A DNA stretch of 49,451 nucleotides from a bacterium (GTDB lineage: Bacteria; JADJOY01). Below are positions 38,822 through 48,340 of the stretch, piece after piece. Position numbers and translations under genes: made by a program. Under the pieces are notes generated by a model. That model made no database searches. It was given only the letters and a program-made list of their open reading frames with translations, and had not been told where the DNA came from. Location: contig JAXLQJ010000053.1 in assembly GCA_046331705.1 (NCBI GenBank), forward strand, positions 1 through 49,451. Direction: 5' to 3'. Each line of letters begins with the position of its first letter. Position 1 is the stretch's first letter.

Positions 38822-39991
38822 ATGATTCGACGGTTCGGTTGGCTTCGCGTGTCACGAGCGCTCCTCGGGTTCGCTGCGGCGCCGCGATGCTACTCGAAGT
38901 GCGCGGCGATCCTCACGCTTTCCGTGGCCTGCGGCTCGGGCTCGAACGGCACCGCTCCGCTCGGCCCGTCGATCCTCGCGGCCTACTACGGCTACGACGA
39001 TTGCCTCGGCGTCGCCGACGCCAACGGCGATGGCACCAACGCCGACGAGGCCGCGGCCGCGGGATGTCGTGTGGTCGCCGCGGCCGACGGGACGGCGGTG
39101 ACGAGCGCGCCCACGCCGCTCCAGCTGGCGCTGGTTTGCGCCGGTCAGGCTGGCCCGGAGCAGCTGGTGCAGCTCGACGGCATGCCCGTGGTGTTCTCGC
39201 ACCAACTCGTCCAGGACACCCTCGACGCCGACGACTTCGAGATTCAGCTCTCCGACGGCACCAGCCGCACTCCGGTGTGCGCCACCACCGCACCAGCCAA
39301 CGAGGAGAACGAGGACCGCACGGTGTTGTTGATCGGCGACTTCGGGTCGCGTCAGCCCGTGTCCGGCGAGACCGCCGGTGGTCCCTCGCCGGTGGAGCTG
39401 CGGGTGGTCGGTTCGGTGGAGCTGGAAGGCACGGATGCGACGACCGGCGCGCCGCTCGACGCCCGCGGGCTTTCCTATGCGGGCCAGTACCTCGACTACC
39501 GGCTCGGCCCGGGAGTGTTGCTCGCCGAGATCGCGCCCTTCTCGACCGACGGCGAAGGAGCCGTGGGGCGTGGGCTGCCGAACGATTGCCGCACGATCTT
39601 CCCGGACACCACCCACGTGGTGCGGGTGACGTGGAGCGGCGGCGTGTCCGTCGACGGCGTGCGCGCGATCCCCTCCGATCGCACCGCGACGTACGACGTG
39701 CGCGTGGAAAACGATCGCGGCGAGCGCGTGAGCATCGGTGATGCGTCGCTCGGCGACTCGATTCGATTGCTCGGGCTCGCCGACTTGGGCGATAGCTTCG
39801 CTTCGTCACCCGATGCTGCGGTCGTCGACGGCGACAACGTCGTGGACCTGTGCCTGGCGCTGGCGGATGGCTTCGATCCGGCGCGGGTGCGCACGGTGGC
39901 GACCGCGTGCAACACCACCGCGACCGCGCTCTACGACCCAGCGGGAGACGCGCCGTGTTTGCCGCTGGCGATCGCGGTGAGTGGCGCCTGA
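38822..39991 (+). CDS. Hypothetical secreted protein / probable lipoprotein, acidic and Cys-rich
   Basis: SVAC-GSG lipobox-like site, DANGDG Ca-binding-like motif, DGMPVVFS...CATTAPANEENEDRTVLLIG, DGDNVVDLCL. The start is uncertain. Confidence 0.75.
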   Translation: MIRRFGWLRVSRALLGFAAAPRCYSKCAAILTLSVACGSGSNGTAPLGPSILAAYYGYDDCLGVADANGDGTNADEAAAAGCRVVAAADGTAVTSAPTPLQLALVCAGQAGPEQLVQLDGMPVVFSHQLVQDTLDADDFEIQLSDGTSRTPVCATTAPANEENEDRTVLLIGDFGSRQPVSGETAGGPSPVELRVVGSVELEGTDATTGAPLDARGLSYAGQYLDYRLGPGVLLAEIAPFSTDGEGAVGRGLPNDCRTIFPDTTHVVRVTWSGGVSVDGVRAIPSDRTATYDVRVENDRGERVSIGDASLGDSIRLLGLADLGDSFASSPDAAVVDGDNVVDLCLALADGFDPARVRTVATACNTTATALYDPAGDAPCLPLAIAVSGA

Positions 39992-40025
39992 GCCACGGGC
40001 GCGGGCGCGCGTGCGCCGGGCTCGC

Positions 40026-40271
40026 TCACGATCCCGGTCCCGAGCGCCGCGTCGACTCGAAGACCTTGCGCAGCGCCTCGGCGACCTCGTCGGGTATCGG
40101 TTCGTCGGGGAGCGCGCCGGTGGCCCGAATGGTGAGCCGGGTCTGTCGCAGGTAGCGCCGGCAGTGTCCGCAGATCGCGAGATGGAAGCCGAGCGCCAGC
40201 CGTCGGCCGAGCGGCAGACGGCCCTCCAGGTAGTCGGTGAGAAGCTCGACCAGCTCGCGACAGTTGGTCAT
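40026..40271 (-). CDS. Zinc-binding (zf-HC2/ZAS) anti-sigma factor, soluble
   Basis: CRELVELLTDYLEG...HLAICGHC (HxxxCxxC); 2 bp downstream of the ECF sigma gene. Confidence 0.92.
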   Translation of the reverse strand: MTNCRELVELLTDYLEGRLPLGRRLALGFHLAICGHCRRYLRQTRLTIRATGALPDEPIPDEVAEALRKVFESTRRSGPGS

Positions 40272-40273
40272 CG

Positions 40274-40927
40274 TCAGTCGCCTTCCACGTGCTCGGCCAG
40301 CGCGCGCCGCAGCCGAGCGCGCGCTCGGTGCAGCAGCACCCGTTGGTTGATCTCCGAGATGCCCAGCGCGTTACAGACCTCGTCCGCGCCGAGGCCCGCG
40401 AGGTCGCGCAGGGTGACGACGGTCCGCAGGTTCTCCGGCAGCGCGTCGATGGCGCGCTCGAGCGCCTCGACCGCCTCGCGGCGCATCACGATCGCCTCGG
40501 GAGTGTCCGCGGACCAGGGTCGCGGCGGCGTGGCCCAGGCGCCGCGGGCGTTGAACTGAGCCACCTCGAGGAGTCGATCGCCCGCGTCGCCGTCGTCCTC
40601 GCTCGCGAGGCCGTCGCCGAGCGACGACAACGCCACCGAGCGACGATCGCGCTTGCCGCGCGTCTTGGCCTGATTGGCGAGGATCGTGAAGATCCAGGCG
40701 CGCAGGCTGGCACGCCCCTCGAAGCGATCGAGCTGGGCGAACACCGCCTTCCACGTCTCTTGAACGACTTCCTCGGCGGCCGCACCGTCGCGCACGAACG
40801 CGCGCGCCAGCCGCAGCAAGCGTCCGTGGTGCGCGCGGACGAGGGTCGCGAACGCCTCGTGATCGCCGCTCAGCACGCGCGCGACGAGCGCCTGATCGCT
40901 GACGATGGAGCGCGCCGGATCGCTCAC
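40274..40927 (-). CDS. ECF RNA polymerase sigma factor
   Basis: GDHEAFATLV, AEEVVQETW, FEGRASLRAWIFTIL, LP...RTVVTLRDL...RVLLHRARARLR. Confidence 0.93.
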   Translation of the reverse strand: MSDPARSIVSDQALVARVLSGDHEAFATLVRAHHGRLLRLARAFVRDGAAAEEVVQETWKAVFAQLDRFEGRASLRAWIFTILANQAKTRGKRDRRSVALSSLGDGLASEDDGDAGDRLLEVAQFNARGAWATPPRPWSADTPEAIVMRREAVEALERAIDALPENLRTVVTLRDLAGLGADEVCNALGISEINQRVLLHRARARLRRALAEHVEGD

Positions 40928-40988
40928 GAACGCACCGATCGGTCGAGGAACGAGCTGGCGGGTCGCTGGCGCGGGCCGCGGCGCGAGC

Positions 40989-43900
40989 TCAGAAGGTCGG
41001 GATGTACTGCGGCGGGATCTCGCGCTCGGTCGGCGTCGCCTGGCCGTTCTTGGGGTTGCTGGTCGTCGGCGGAGCGGCGCTCGCTGCCTGCTCGCGCTGG
41101 GCGCTCGCCGATTTCTCGGCCTGGGCGAGCTTCGACGCGACGACGGCGTCGTCGGGCACGGCGCGATCCGCGAGCTTGAGGATGCGCACCGCTTCGTCCC
41201 ACTCGCCGCGGGACGCGAGCTCCGCCGACTTGGTGAGCAGCGCATCGCGAATCCGGGTCGCGGTCTGGAGCAGGCGCGGGTCCTTGGCGTCGGCGTCGCG
41301 CGCTTGCTCGAGCCAGGTCACGGCTTCGGTCGAGTGGCCAGCGTCGATCGACTCGCCCGCGCGGGCGAGGGCACGCTCCACCGCCGAGGATTGCGGCGGC
41401 GCGGTCGCCGCCGCCGCCGCGGCCTGGTCTTCCTTGGCGATTCGCGCCTGGGTGTCGCGGATCTTCGCCGCGAGCGCCGCGTCGTCGCCGCGCTCCTTGA
41501 TGACGGCCTTCTGGTAGTAAGCGAGCGCCGCCTTGGCGTTGCCCTTGTCGAGCTGCTCGTCGCCCAGCGCCACGAGCTTCTTGGCGACCTCGGCCAGGCC
41601 GGCCAGCGCCTTCGCATTGGTCGGCGCGGTGGCAAGCACCTTGCGGTAGCTGTCGAGCGCGTTGTGGTCGGGAGGCAGCGTCAGCTGATTGCGCAGCAGA
41701 TAGCTCTCCGCCTGGGTGAGCAGCGAGCTCACGGCGCGCTCGCTGGCGGATTGCGCGGCGTGCGCGACCTCCGCCTCGCGCTCGAGCTGAGCGAGCTCGC
41801 TCGCCAGCGCGGAATCGCCCGGCGCGGCCTTGAGCGCCCGCGCGTAGGCCGCGCGCGCTTCCTCGAGGCGACCCGCGTCGCGCTCGGCGCGCGCCGCCCG
41901 AGCGAGCTGCTCGCGGATCGAGACGAGCGCGTCCTTGGCGGCGGAGTTGTCGGGGTCCAGATCGAGGACCGCTCGGTAGGCATCGAGCGCGTTCGAGTTC
42001 TCGGGCTCGACGGTCTGGCCGAGCTCGCGCAGCGCGTCGGCGCGCGCGAGCGCCGAAGCCACGCGCTCGCGCCGCGTCGCTTCCTCGGTCTGGCGCTGGA
42101 TCTCGGCGCCGACCTTGGCGAGCTCGGCGCGGGCCTCGGCGTGATTGGGATCGACCTCGAGCGCGTCGCTCAAGCTCTGCCGCGACGACTCGAGGCGTCC
42201 CGCGCCCGCCTCCTGGCGCGCCGTCGCCACGAGCCGCGCCGCGATGTCCGCGAGCCCGCGCTCGGCCTCGTCGTTGCCAGGCGCCATCGCGAGCACGCGC
42301 CGGAAACGGTCCACCGCGGAATCGCCCTGGGGGCGGACCAGCTTGCCGGCCCCGACGTGCTCGCGCGCCTCGGCGAGCAGCCGCTGGACGGTCGCGGTCT
42401 GCCGCGCGTGGCTCTCGCGCGATTCGATCTCCTTGTCGAGCGCGGTGAGCGCGCGCGCGAGATCGGCATCGTCGGGTGCGGCGTCGCGGGCCTGCTGGTA
42501 GCGCTCGCGCGCCAGGAACGGATCGTTCGCGGCGAGGCGGCTCGCCTCGCTCTTCAGCAACGCGGCGACCTGCGCCACGCCGGCCTTCGCGCGGGCGTTG
42601 CTCGGGTCCTCGGCGAGGACGCGCCGATAGGCTTCGAGCGCGTTGGCGCCGACCGGACGCACGAGCTGTCCCTCGTTCACCCAGCGATCGGCTTGATCGA
42701 GCTCCTTTGCCCAGCGCGTGCGCTGGGTCGCGTGCTCGGCGAAGGCCGCGGTGATCTTGTCGATGCGCTTGCCGAGCTCGACGATGGCCGGGTCCTCGGG
42801 GTTGAGATCGCGCGCATCCGCGAACCACTTGGAGGCCTCGGTGAGCGCCGGGCCGCCAGCGTCGGCGTTGCCCGCCTCGGCCGCGCGATCGAGGGCGTCG
42901 TCGGTGCGCTTGACCAGGCTCTCGAAGATCTCCTGGATGCGCGCGATCGCCTTGCGGTTGAGCGGCTGGATCCGGAGGATCTCGCGGTAGTTCTCGAGCG
43001 CGTTGCGTCCCCGCGGCTCGACCAGCTTGCCCTTGTCGAAATAGCCGTCGGCGAGGATCAGGAGCCGCTCGACGCGTTCGTCGGCGCTCATGCGGGGAAA
43101 GCTGAACGTGAGCGTCACCGCGCCCGCGGCCAGCACGCCGACGACGATGGCGATCCAGGCGGCCCGCGGCAGCCGCCGCGCGACGGGTGGGACGCGCGGC
43201 GCCGCCACGCGGGGATCGGGCGCGTACGTCGCGTCGAGCCCCAGACCCGTCGTGCGCTGGGCCCTGCGATCGGTCGGCTTGGTGGGTACTTCGCCGGAGG
43301 GATGCAGGACGCCCTCGCCCCGAAGCGCCGGGATCAGGAGCGCCGCGTCCGCGGGGCGCTCGCTTCGCTCCTTGGCCAAGAGCCGCAGGATCACCGCTTC
43401 CACGTGCTCGGGGATCTCCGGGCGGATCTCGCGTGGTGGCTGCGGCGTCTGCTTGAGGTGCGCCATCGCCACTTCCACCGGCGTCGCACCCTGGAAGGGC
43501 GGCAGCCCCGTGAAGGTCTGATAGAGCACGACGCCGAGCGAATAGAGGTCGGCGCGGTGATCCGGCACCTCGGCCTTCTCGGGCGAGGCTTGCTCGGGCG
43601 CCATGTAGAGCGGTGTCCCGAGCATCTGGCCGGTGCTGGAGAGCTGGGTCGAATCCACCGCCTTGGCGAGGCCGAAGTCCAAGAGCTTCACCCGCCCATC
43701 GCTGGTGATGAAGACGTTGTGCGGCTTGATGTCGCGGTGCAAGACGCCGTTGGCGTGCGCGTAGCTCAAGCCCGCGCTCACCTGGCACGCGATGTCGATC
43801 GCCTCGTCGATGGGAAGGGGGCCTTCCTCGATGATGCGCGTGCGCAGGTCTTTGCCCTCGAGGTACTCCATCGAGAGGTAGACGATGCCGTCGGACTCGT

Positions 43901-44378
43901 TGAAGTCGTAGACCTTGATGATGTTGGGGTGAGCCAGCCGGCGCGCGAGCCGCGTCTCGTGCTTGAAGCGTTCGAGGATCGAGAGGTGCGGCACCAGGTC
44001 CGGACGGATCAGCTTGAGGGCGACCGTCTCGTCGAGGTTGCGATCGTGCGCCTTGTAGACGGTTCCCATGCCGCCGCGCCCGATGACCTCCTCGATCTCG
44101 TAGCGGGCGGCGAAGACCACGCCCGCCGGCAGCGTCCCGAGAATCGCGTCGCGCAGGCTGCTCGGCGCGGGTGAGACCGGCGAGGGCAGCGTATCGCCGC
44201 CCACGGTGCGCGGAGTGGAGGGATCGCTCCGACCTCCGCCGAGGGGAGGTGCGTGGGAGCCGCTAGCGTCGGCGGGAGCGCTCGCCGCCAACAGCGCGGG
44301 CTCGTGGAGGGAGACGCCGCAATGGGAGCAATAACGACTGACGTCGTTGTTGGGCGTGTTGCACGCGGGGCACAGCAT
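40989..44378 (-). CDS. Membrane Ser/Thr protein kinase with N-terminal zinc ribbon and long extracytoplasmic TPR-like repeat region
   Basis: CPAC...CSHC, GRGGMGTV, VALK, HRDIKPHN, DFG, GTPLYMAPE, DLYSLG, one TM, then five LxxPxxxNAxxxYxxVLxxxPxN repeats. Confidence 0.93.
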   Translation of the reverse strand: MLCPACNTPNNDVSRYCSHCGVSLHEPALLAASAPADASGSHAPPLGGGRSDPSTPRTVGGDTLPSPVSPAPSSLRDAILGTLPAGVVFAARYEIEEVIGRGGMGTVYKAHDRNLDETVALKLIRPDLVPHLSILERFKHETRLARRLAHPNIIKVYDFNESDGIVYLSMEYLEGKDLRTRIIEEGPLPIDEAIDIACQVSAGLSYAHANGVLHRDIKPHNVFITSDGRVKLLDFGLAKAVDSTQLSSTGQMLGTPLYMAPEQASPEKAEVPDHRADLYSLGVVLYQTFTGLPPFQGATPVEVAMAHLKQTPQPPREIRPEIPEHVEAVILRLLAKERSERPADAALLIPALRGEGVLHPSGEVPTKPTDRRAQRTTGLGLDATYAPDPRVAAPRVPPVARRLPRAAWIAIVVGVLAAGAVTLTFSFPRMSADERVERLLILADGYFDKGKLVEPRGRNALENYREILRIQPLNRKAIARIQEIFESLVKRTDDALDRAAEAGNADAGGPALTEASKWFADARDLNPEDPAIVELGKRIDKITAAFAEHATQRTRWAKELDQADRWVNEGQLVRPVGANALEAYRRVLAEDPSNARAKAGVAQVAALLKSEASRLAANDPFLARERYQQARDAAPDDADLARALTALDKEIESRESHARQTATVQRLLAEAREHVGAGKLVRPQGDSAVDRFRRVLAMAPGNDEAERGLADIAARLVATARQEAGAGRLESSRQSLSDALEVDPNHAEARAELAKVGAEIQRQTEEATRRERVASALARADALRELGQTVEPENSNALDAYRAVLDLDPDNSAAKDALVSIREQLARAARAERDAGRLEEARAAYARALKAAPGDSALASELAQLEREAEVAHAAQSASERAVSSLLTQAESYLLRNQLTLPPDHNALDSYRKVLATAPTNAKALAGLAEVAKKLVALGDEQLDKGNAKAALAYYQKAVIKERGDDAALAAKIRDTQARIAKEDQAAAAAATAPPQSSAVERALARAGESIDAGHSTEAVTWLEQARDADAKDPRLLQTATRIRDALLTKSAELASRGEWDEAVRILKLADRAVPDDAVVASKLAQAEKSASAQREQAASAAPPTTSNPKNGQATPTEREIPPQYIPTF

Positions 44379-44505
44379 GTCGTCGGAGGGGCCGTGGCGC
44401 GGGGCGCGACGCGACCCGAGGCCCGGAAACCCGAAGTTATCACGCACCTACGCGAATCCCCGGCCTCGAGTCCGGCGCGGCGCGGCGGTGGCCTGTGGCG
44501 CTGGC

Positions 44506-46140
44506 CTACGGCTGAGGCGCGGCGGGACTGGCGGCGGGAAGGTTGGGTGGTGGCGGCATCGCCGGGCCCTCCCAATCACCGACACGAATTCGAAGCGGCT
44601 GGTCGCGGATCGCCAGCACTGGCGCCTCGTTCCCGGCGAGGTAGTCGGGCAACGACGGGAAGTACCATTCGAGCAGCGCGCGGTAGGTGCCGGCGGCGAG
44701 ATCGTCCACGCGATAGCGCTCGAAATAGGCGCCGTTCTGGCCGGTGTGGTCCTCGGGCGGGCGCGCGTCGCGGGAGTCGTCGACGTACTCGACCGTGAGC
44801 CCCACGGTCTTGAGGTACTCGGGGTCCCAGAACGTGCGCTCGACCAGCGTTCCCGCCTTCCCGGTCCACAGCCGCCAGCGGTCCGGTCGCGCGGCTTGTG
44901 CCTTCTCCGCTTCGCTCATCCAGCCGTCGACCAGGAAGCCGCCGGTGTTCTCGGAGTCGTAGAAGACCAGCCCGTTGGCGGCAGGCGAGAGGTCCACGCC
45001 CAGGATCAGGTCGCTGTGGGTGCCGACGAACCCCGGCGCGCGAGGCACGTTCAGAACCAGCGGGATCTGGATCATGTTGGGATAGAAGGCGGCATCGATG
45101 GTGAGCGACGGGCCCTCGATGCCGAAGGGCAGGATCACCCGGCAGGCGACGTAGCGCAGCACGCGCACCGGCCCGTTCTTGTACGCCAGCACCTGCACTC
45201 GGACGTTCTGCTCGTCGAAGCGCACGGTGTAGAGGCCCCACAAGATGCCGATCTCGACGCGCCACTTGAAGCGATCGAGCAGGTCGGCGCTGACGTCCGG
45301 GCCCTCGTGAACGCGGATCTCGCGCGGCACCGCCGAGTGCGCGGGCGGCGCGAAGTCGTAGAACCCGATCGAGTACTTGGCGCTGTAGACGTAGTTGTTC
45401 GCCCACTCGTGGACCACGCGTGGGTCGGTGGCGAGGGTGTCGGTCGGGGGCGTGGCGTCGTAGCGGGCGAGGACGAACCAGCCGCGCGTCGGCGAGGAGG
45501 CGGCCTCGCCCGCGCTGGCGGGAGCTTCCACGGAGACGAGCTGGGTCGCGGCCGCTTCCGGCACGACCATGTCGCTGGGCGGCCGGTCGCCGGCGTCGCT
45601 CGCCAGCAGCACGATCTCGTCCTCGCTCGTCAGCATCCCGTCGATCTCGACCTGATCGTTGCGGATGCCGTCGGGATAGAGGTAGCGGCCGTCGGCGGCC
45701 CGCTCGTCGACCTGGAACGGGACGGGGTGAAGCTTGCCGCCGTTCAGCGCGAAGGCGCGTAGCGAGGCGATGGGTGAGCCGAGCCAGGCGGGGACGGCTC
45801 CCGCGCGCACGATGACCGGCTCGAGCGGCCGCGCGAGCGTCCCCAGCTCGTCGGCGGTCACCTCGAGGATGGTGGCTGCGGTCGTCGGGGCAGGCAGCTC
45901 GGCGTGCTGCTTGCGTTTCTTCTTGCGCTTGCCGCCGGGCGTGGTCTCGTCGGAATCGGAGGTCGTGCCCTCGTCGGCGGGAGCCGAAGCAGCGGGCTTG
46001 GCGGTGGCTGGCTGGGCTGCGCTGCTGGCGCTCGGGGTCGCGGTGCTGGACGAGCTGCTCGGTTGCGCGCTCGCGACACCGGTGGTCAGGAGCGCAGCGG
46101 CAACCAGCGCAGCGGCGGCGAAGAGGCGCAAGGACTGCAT
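44506..46140 (-). CDS. Hypothetical secreted protein
   Basis: Signal peptide ASA|QP, S/A/P-rich linker with KRKKKRK, then a globular beta-rich region (PVPFQVDER). Confidence 0.8.
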   Translation of the reverse strand: MQSLRLFAAAALVAAALLTTGVASAQPSSSSSTATPSASSAAQPATAKPAASAPADEGTTSDSDETTPGGKRKKKRKQHAELPAPTTAATILEVTADELGTLARPLEPVIVRAGAVPAWLGSPIASLRAFALNGGKLHPVPFQVDERAADGRYLYPDGIRNDQVEIDGMLTSEDEIVLLASDAGDRPPSDMVVPEAAATQLVSVEAPASAGEAASSPTRGWFVLARYDATPPTDTLATDPRVVHEWANNYVYSAKYSIGFYDFAPPAHSAVPREIRVHEGPDVSADLLDRFKWRVEIGILWGLYTVRFDEQNVRVQVLAYKNGPVRVLRYVACRVILPFGIEGPSLTIDAAFYPNMIQIPLVLNVPRAPGFVGTHSDLILGVDLSPAANGLVFYDSENTGGFLVDGWMSEAEKAQAARPDRWRLWTGKAGTLVERTFWDPEYLKTVGLTVEYVDDSRDARPPEDHTGQNGAYFERYRVDDLAAGTYRALLEWYFPSLPDYLAGNEAPVLAIRDQPLRIRVGDWEGPAMPPPPNLPAASPAAPQP

Positions 46141-46232
46141 CCGAATTCCGAGGGATCGTGCGTTCTACCAGAGCGGTTCCGCACCGGGAAGCTGCACCGC
46201 TCGCTGCCCGCGTGACGCGCCGTGCGTGACGG

Positions 46233-48173
46233 TCAGCCTGCGTAGCCGAGCGCGCGCAACATCTCCTCGCGGGCCGGCATCTCGGCGGGCTGCGCGGATT
46301 CGCGACGCGACCTCACCCGTGCCCGCTCGCCCGCCTCGCGCAGCCGCGCTGCGCGCTCGGGCTCCTCGGCGGCGCGATCGTTCGATCGCGTCGGATCCGA
46401 GGGCGCGTGGAAGAGCACCGCACGCGCCTCGCCCTCGCGCACCATCAGCTCCCAGCCCTCGCTGCGCACCGCCCAGGAATGGATCGGACTCTGCGGATTG
46501 CTGTTGGTGACGATCTCGCGCGGCTCGATCACTCCCGGGTTGCCGTCGAGCGCGGGACGCAGGTCGCGCCCGCGGAAGAGCGGCTCGGGCGGCAGGCCCA
46601 GCAGATCGAGCGCCGTCGGCGCCACGTCGATGCTCGAGACGTCGAGGGTGAGCCGCGTGCCCGGTGCCACCGTGCCGGGAGCGCGGATGAGCACCGGCAC
46701 TCGCGCGGTTTCCTCGGTGGCGTCGGCATGGCGGAACCACACCGCGGGCGCCGCCGCGCGGTCGGCCAGGTGCTCGCCGTGATCCGCCATCGCGATCACC
46801 ACCGTGCGATCGAGCAAGCCGCGCGCCTCGAGCGCCTCGAGCATGCGGCCGAGCTGGGCATCGGCGGCGGTCACGCCGGCGGCGTAGCCGCGCTCGAGCC
46901 GCGCGATGTCGGCAGCGGCGACGGTCGATCCGTCCGGCTGCTCGCGGGTGGCGGCGTCGATCCGGGCCAGCACGTCGCGGACCTCCGCTTCCTCGGACGA
47001 GCCGAGTGGCGCGTACGGGAAATGGGGATCGAAGAGGTGAACCCACGCGAAGAAGCGCGCATCGCCGTTCGCGCCGAGCCAATCCAGGAAGCGCGCGACG
47101 GTCTCCTCGCCGGCGCGCTCGTATTCGAGCGGTTTGGACGGATACGCCGCCCGCGCCAGCACCGCGCGCAGCCGGAAGAGTCCGTGATTGGCGAAGGAAT
47201 CCCAGCGGCCGCAATCGTCGAAGCGCTGGAAGCCGCGGCTCAGCGCCGACTGGGTGCCGTCGAGGTGGACCACGCTCACCGCGCCGAAGGTGCGCAGGCC
47301 GCGCGCCAGGAGCACCTCGGCGAGCGTTCGGTTGCCCTTGCGCTTCACCCGGACGCCGTTGCGAACCACGCGATGGTCGCGAGGCATCTGCGAGGTGAGG
47401 ATCGAGGTGTGGGCCGGATCGGTGCACACCATCGGCGTGAAGGCGTTGGTGGCGAGCGCTCCCTCGCGCGCGAGGCGATCGAGGTTCGGCGTGCGCGCCG
47501 ACGCGTTGCCGTAGCAGCCGAGCGCGTCGGCGCGCAGTGTGTCGATCGTGACCAAGAGCAGGTTGGGCTGGGCAGCGCTGGATGCGCTCGTGCCTCGGGG
47601 GGCGGCCTCGGCGCTGCGCACGCTCGCGAGCATCGCCACCGAGCCGATCGCGAGCAGCGCGAGCAGCGCGCTCGCGGCGAGCAGGATCGCGCGTCTCAGC
47701 ACGCGCCCGACTCGCATCCACGCGAGGCTCAGCAGCCAGCTCGCGAACGCGGCGATCGCGACCGCGCCGAGCGCCGCGAGCGTGAGCTCGGCCGAGCCCT
47801 CGCCCTGGTCGACGCTGCGACCACCGGCGCGCACGGCGAGGAATGCGCCCGCCGCGAGCAAGCCGGTGAGCACACCGAGCGCCGCGCCTTCGATGCGCTC
47901 GCGGGGCGGCGGCGATCGGCGCGCGGCCGCGACGGCCGATGCGATCGTCGCCGCCACCGCGCCCAGCACCGCGCCCGCGGCTCCGTAGAGGGTCGGCGGC
48001 CACAACCAATACGCGAGCCGTGCGGCGTCGTGGTGGTGAAACGGCGGATCGACGGACTCGAGCGCGACGGTCTCGGCGATCGCCACCGCAGCAGCGATGA
48101 CCGCGCCCGTGGCGCTCGCGACCAGCAGCGCACCGAGGTGCGCCCGGCGGCGCGAGGAGGACTCGACGTTCAT
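46233..48173 (-). CDS. Membrane-anchored sulfatase-like / alkaline-phosphatase superfamily hydrolase or transferase
   Basis: About 5 TM segments, then PNLLLVTIDTLRAD, TPNLDRLA, TDPAHTSILT, WVHLFDPHFPY, MADHGE, RVPVLI, DVAPT, LRALGY. Confidence 0.9.
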   Translation of the reverse strand: MNVESSSRRRAHLGALLVASATGAVIAAAVAIAETVALESVDPPFHHHDAARLAYWLWPPTLYGAAGAVLGAVAATIASAVAAARRSPPPRERIEGAALGVLTGLLAAGAFLAVRAGGRSVDQGEGSAELTLAALGAVAIAAFASWLLSLAWMRVGRVLRRAILLAASALLALLAIGSVAMLASVRSAEAAPRGTSASSAAQPNLLLVTIDTLRADALGCYGNASARTPNLDRLAREGALATNAFTPMVCTDPAHTSILTSQMPRDHRVVRNGVRVKRKGNRTLAEVLLARGLRTFGAVSVVHLDGTQSALSRGFQRFDDCGRWDSFANHGLFRLRAVLARAAYPSKPLEYERAGEETVARFLDWLGANGDARFFAWVHLFDPHFPYAPLGSSEEAEVRDVLARIDAATREQPDGSTVAAADIARLERGYAAGVTAADAQLGRMLEALEARGLLDRTVVIAMADHGEHLADRAAAPAVWFRHADATEETARVPVLIRAPGTVAPGTRLTLDVSSIDVAPTALDLLGLPPEPLFRGRDLRPALDGNPGVIEPREIVTNSNPQSPIHSWAVRSEGWELMVREGEARAVLFHAPSDPTRSNDRAAEEPERAARLREAGERARVRSRRESAQPAEMPAREEMLRALGYAG

Positions 48174-48270
48174 CGCGTTCCGAATCGGTGCGAACCGGCA
48201 CCGTGGAGCCGCGCCACTATACGAGCGCCGTCGCCACGTGTCCCCACGCCGCGCACGAGCGCGCACGCGC

Positions 48271-48299
48271 TTGACAGGGCCCGGTGCCATCCGGAAGAT
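48271..48299 (+). promoter_or_regulatory. Possible sigma70 promoter for the phasin-ubiB pair
   Basis: TTGACA-17bp-GAAGAT upstream of ATG 48341; the -10 element is imperfect. Confidence 0.35.
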
Positions 48300-48340
48300 G
48301 CCGCACGTCGCGCCGCGGGCGCCGCGGCGCCGAGTCGCTC

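Noticed and set aside
40160-40185. CGHC in the anti-sigma (and CPAC/CSHC in the kinase, CHPDC in the giant protein) as heme or thioredoxin motifs
   Set aside because: None is CxxCH. Their contexts fit a ZAS site, a zinc ribbon and a probable disulfide, respectively.
40905-44174. 1089-aa plus-strand ORF and 954-aa alternative minus-frame ORF
   Set aside because: Shadows of the Ser/Thr kinase; Arg/Gly/Ala-rich with no domain signal.
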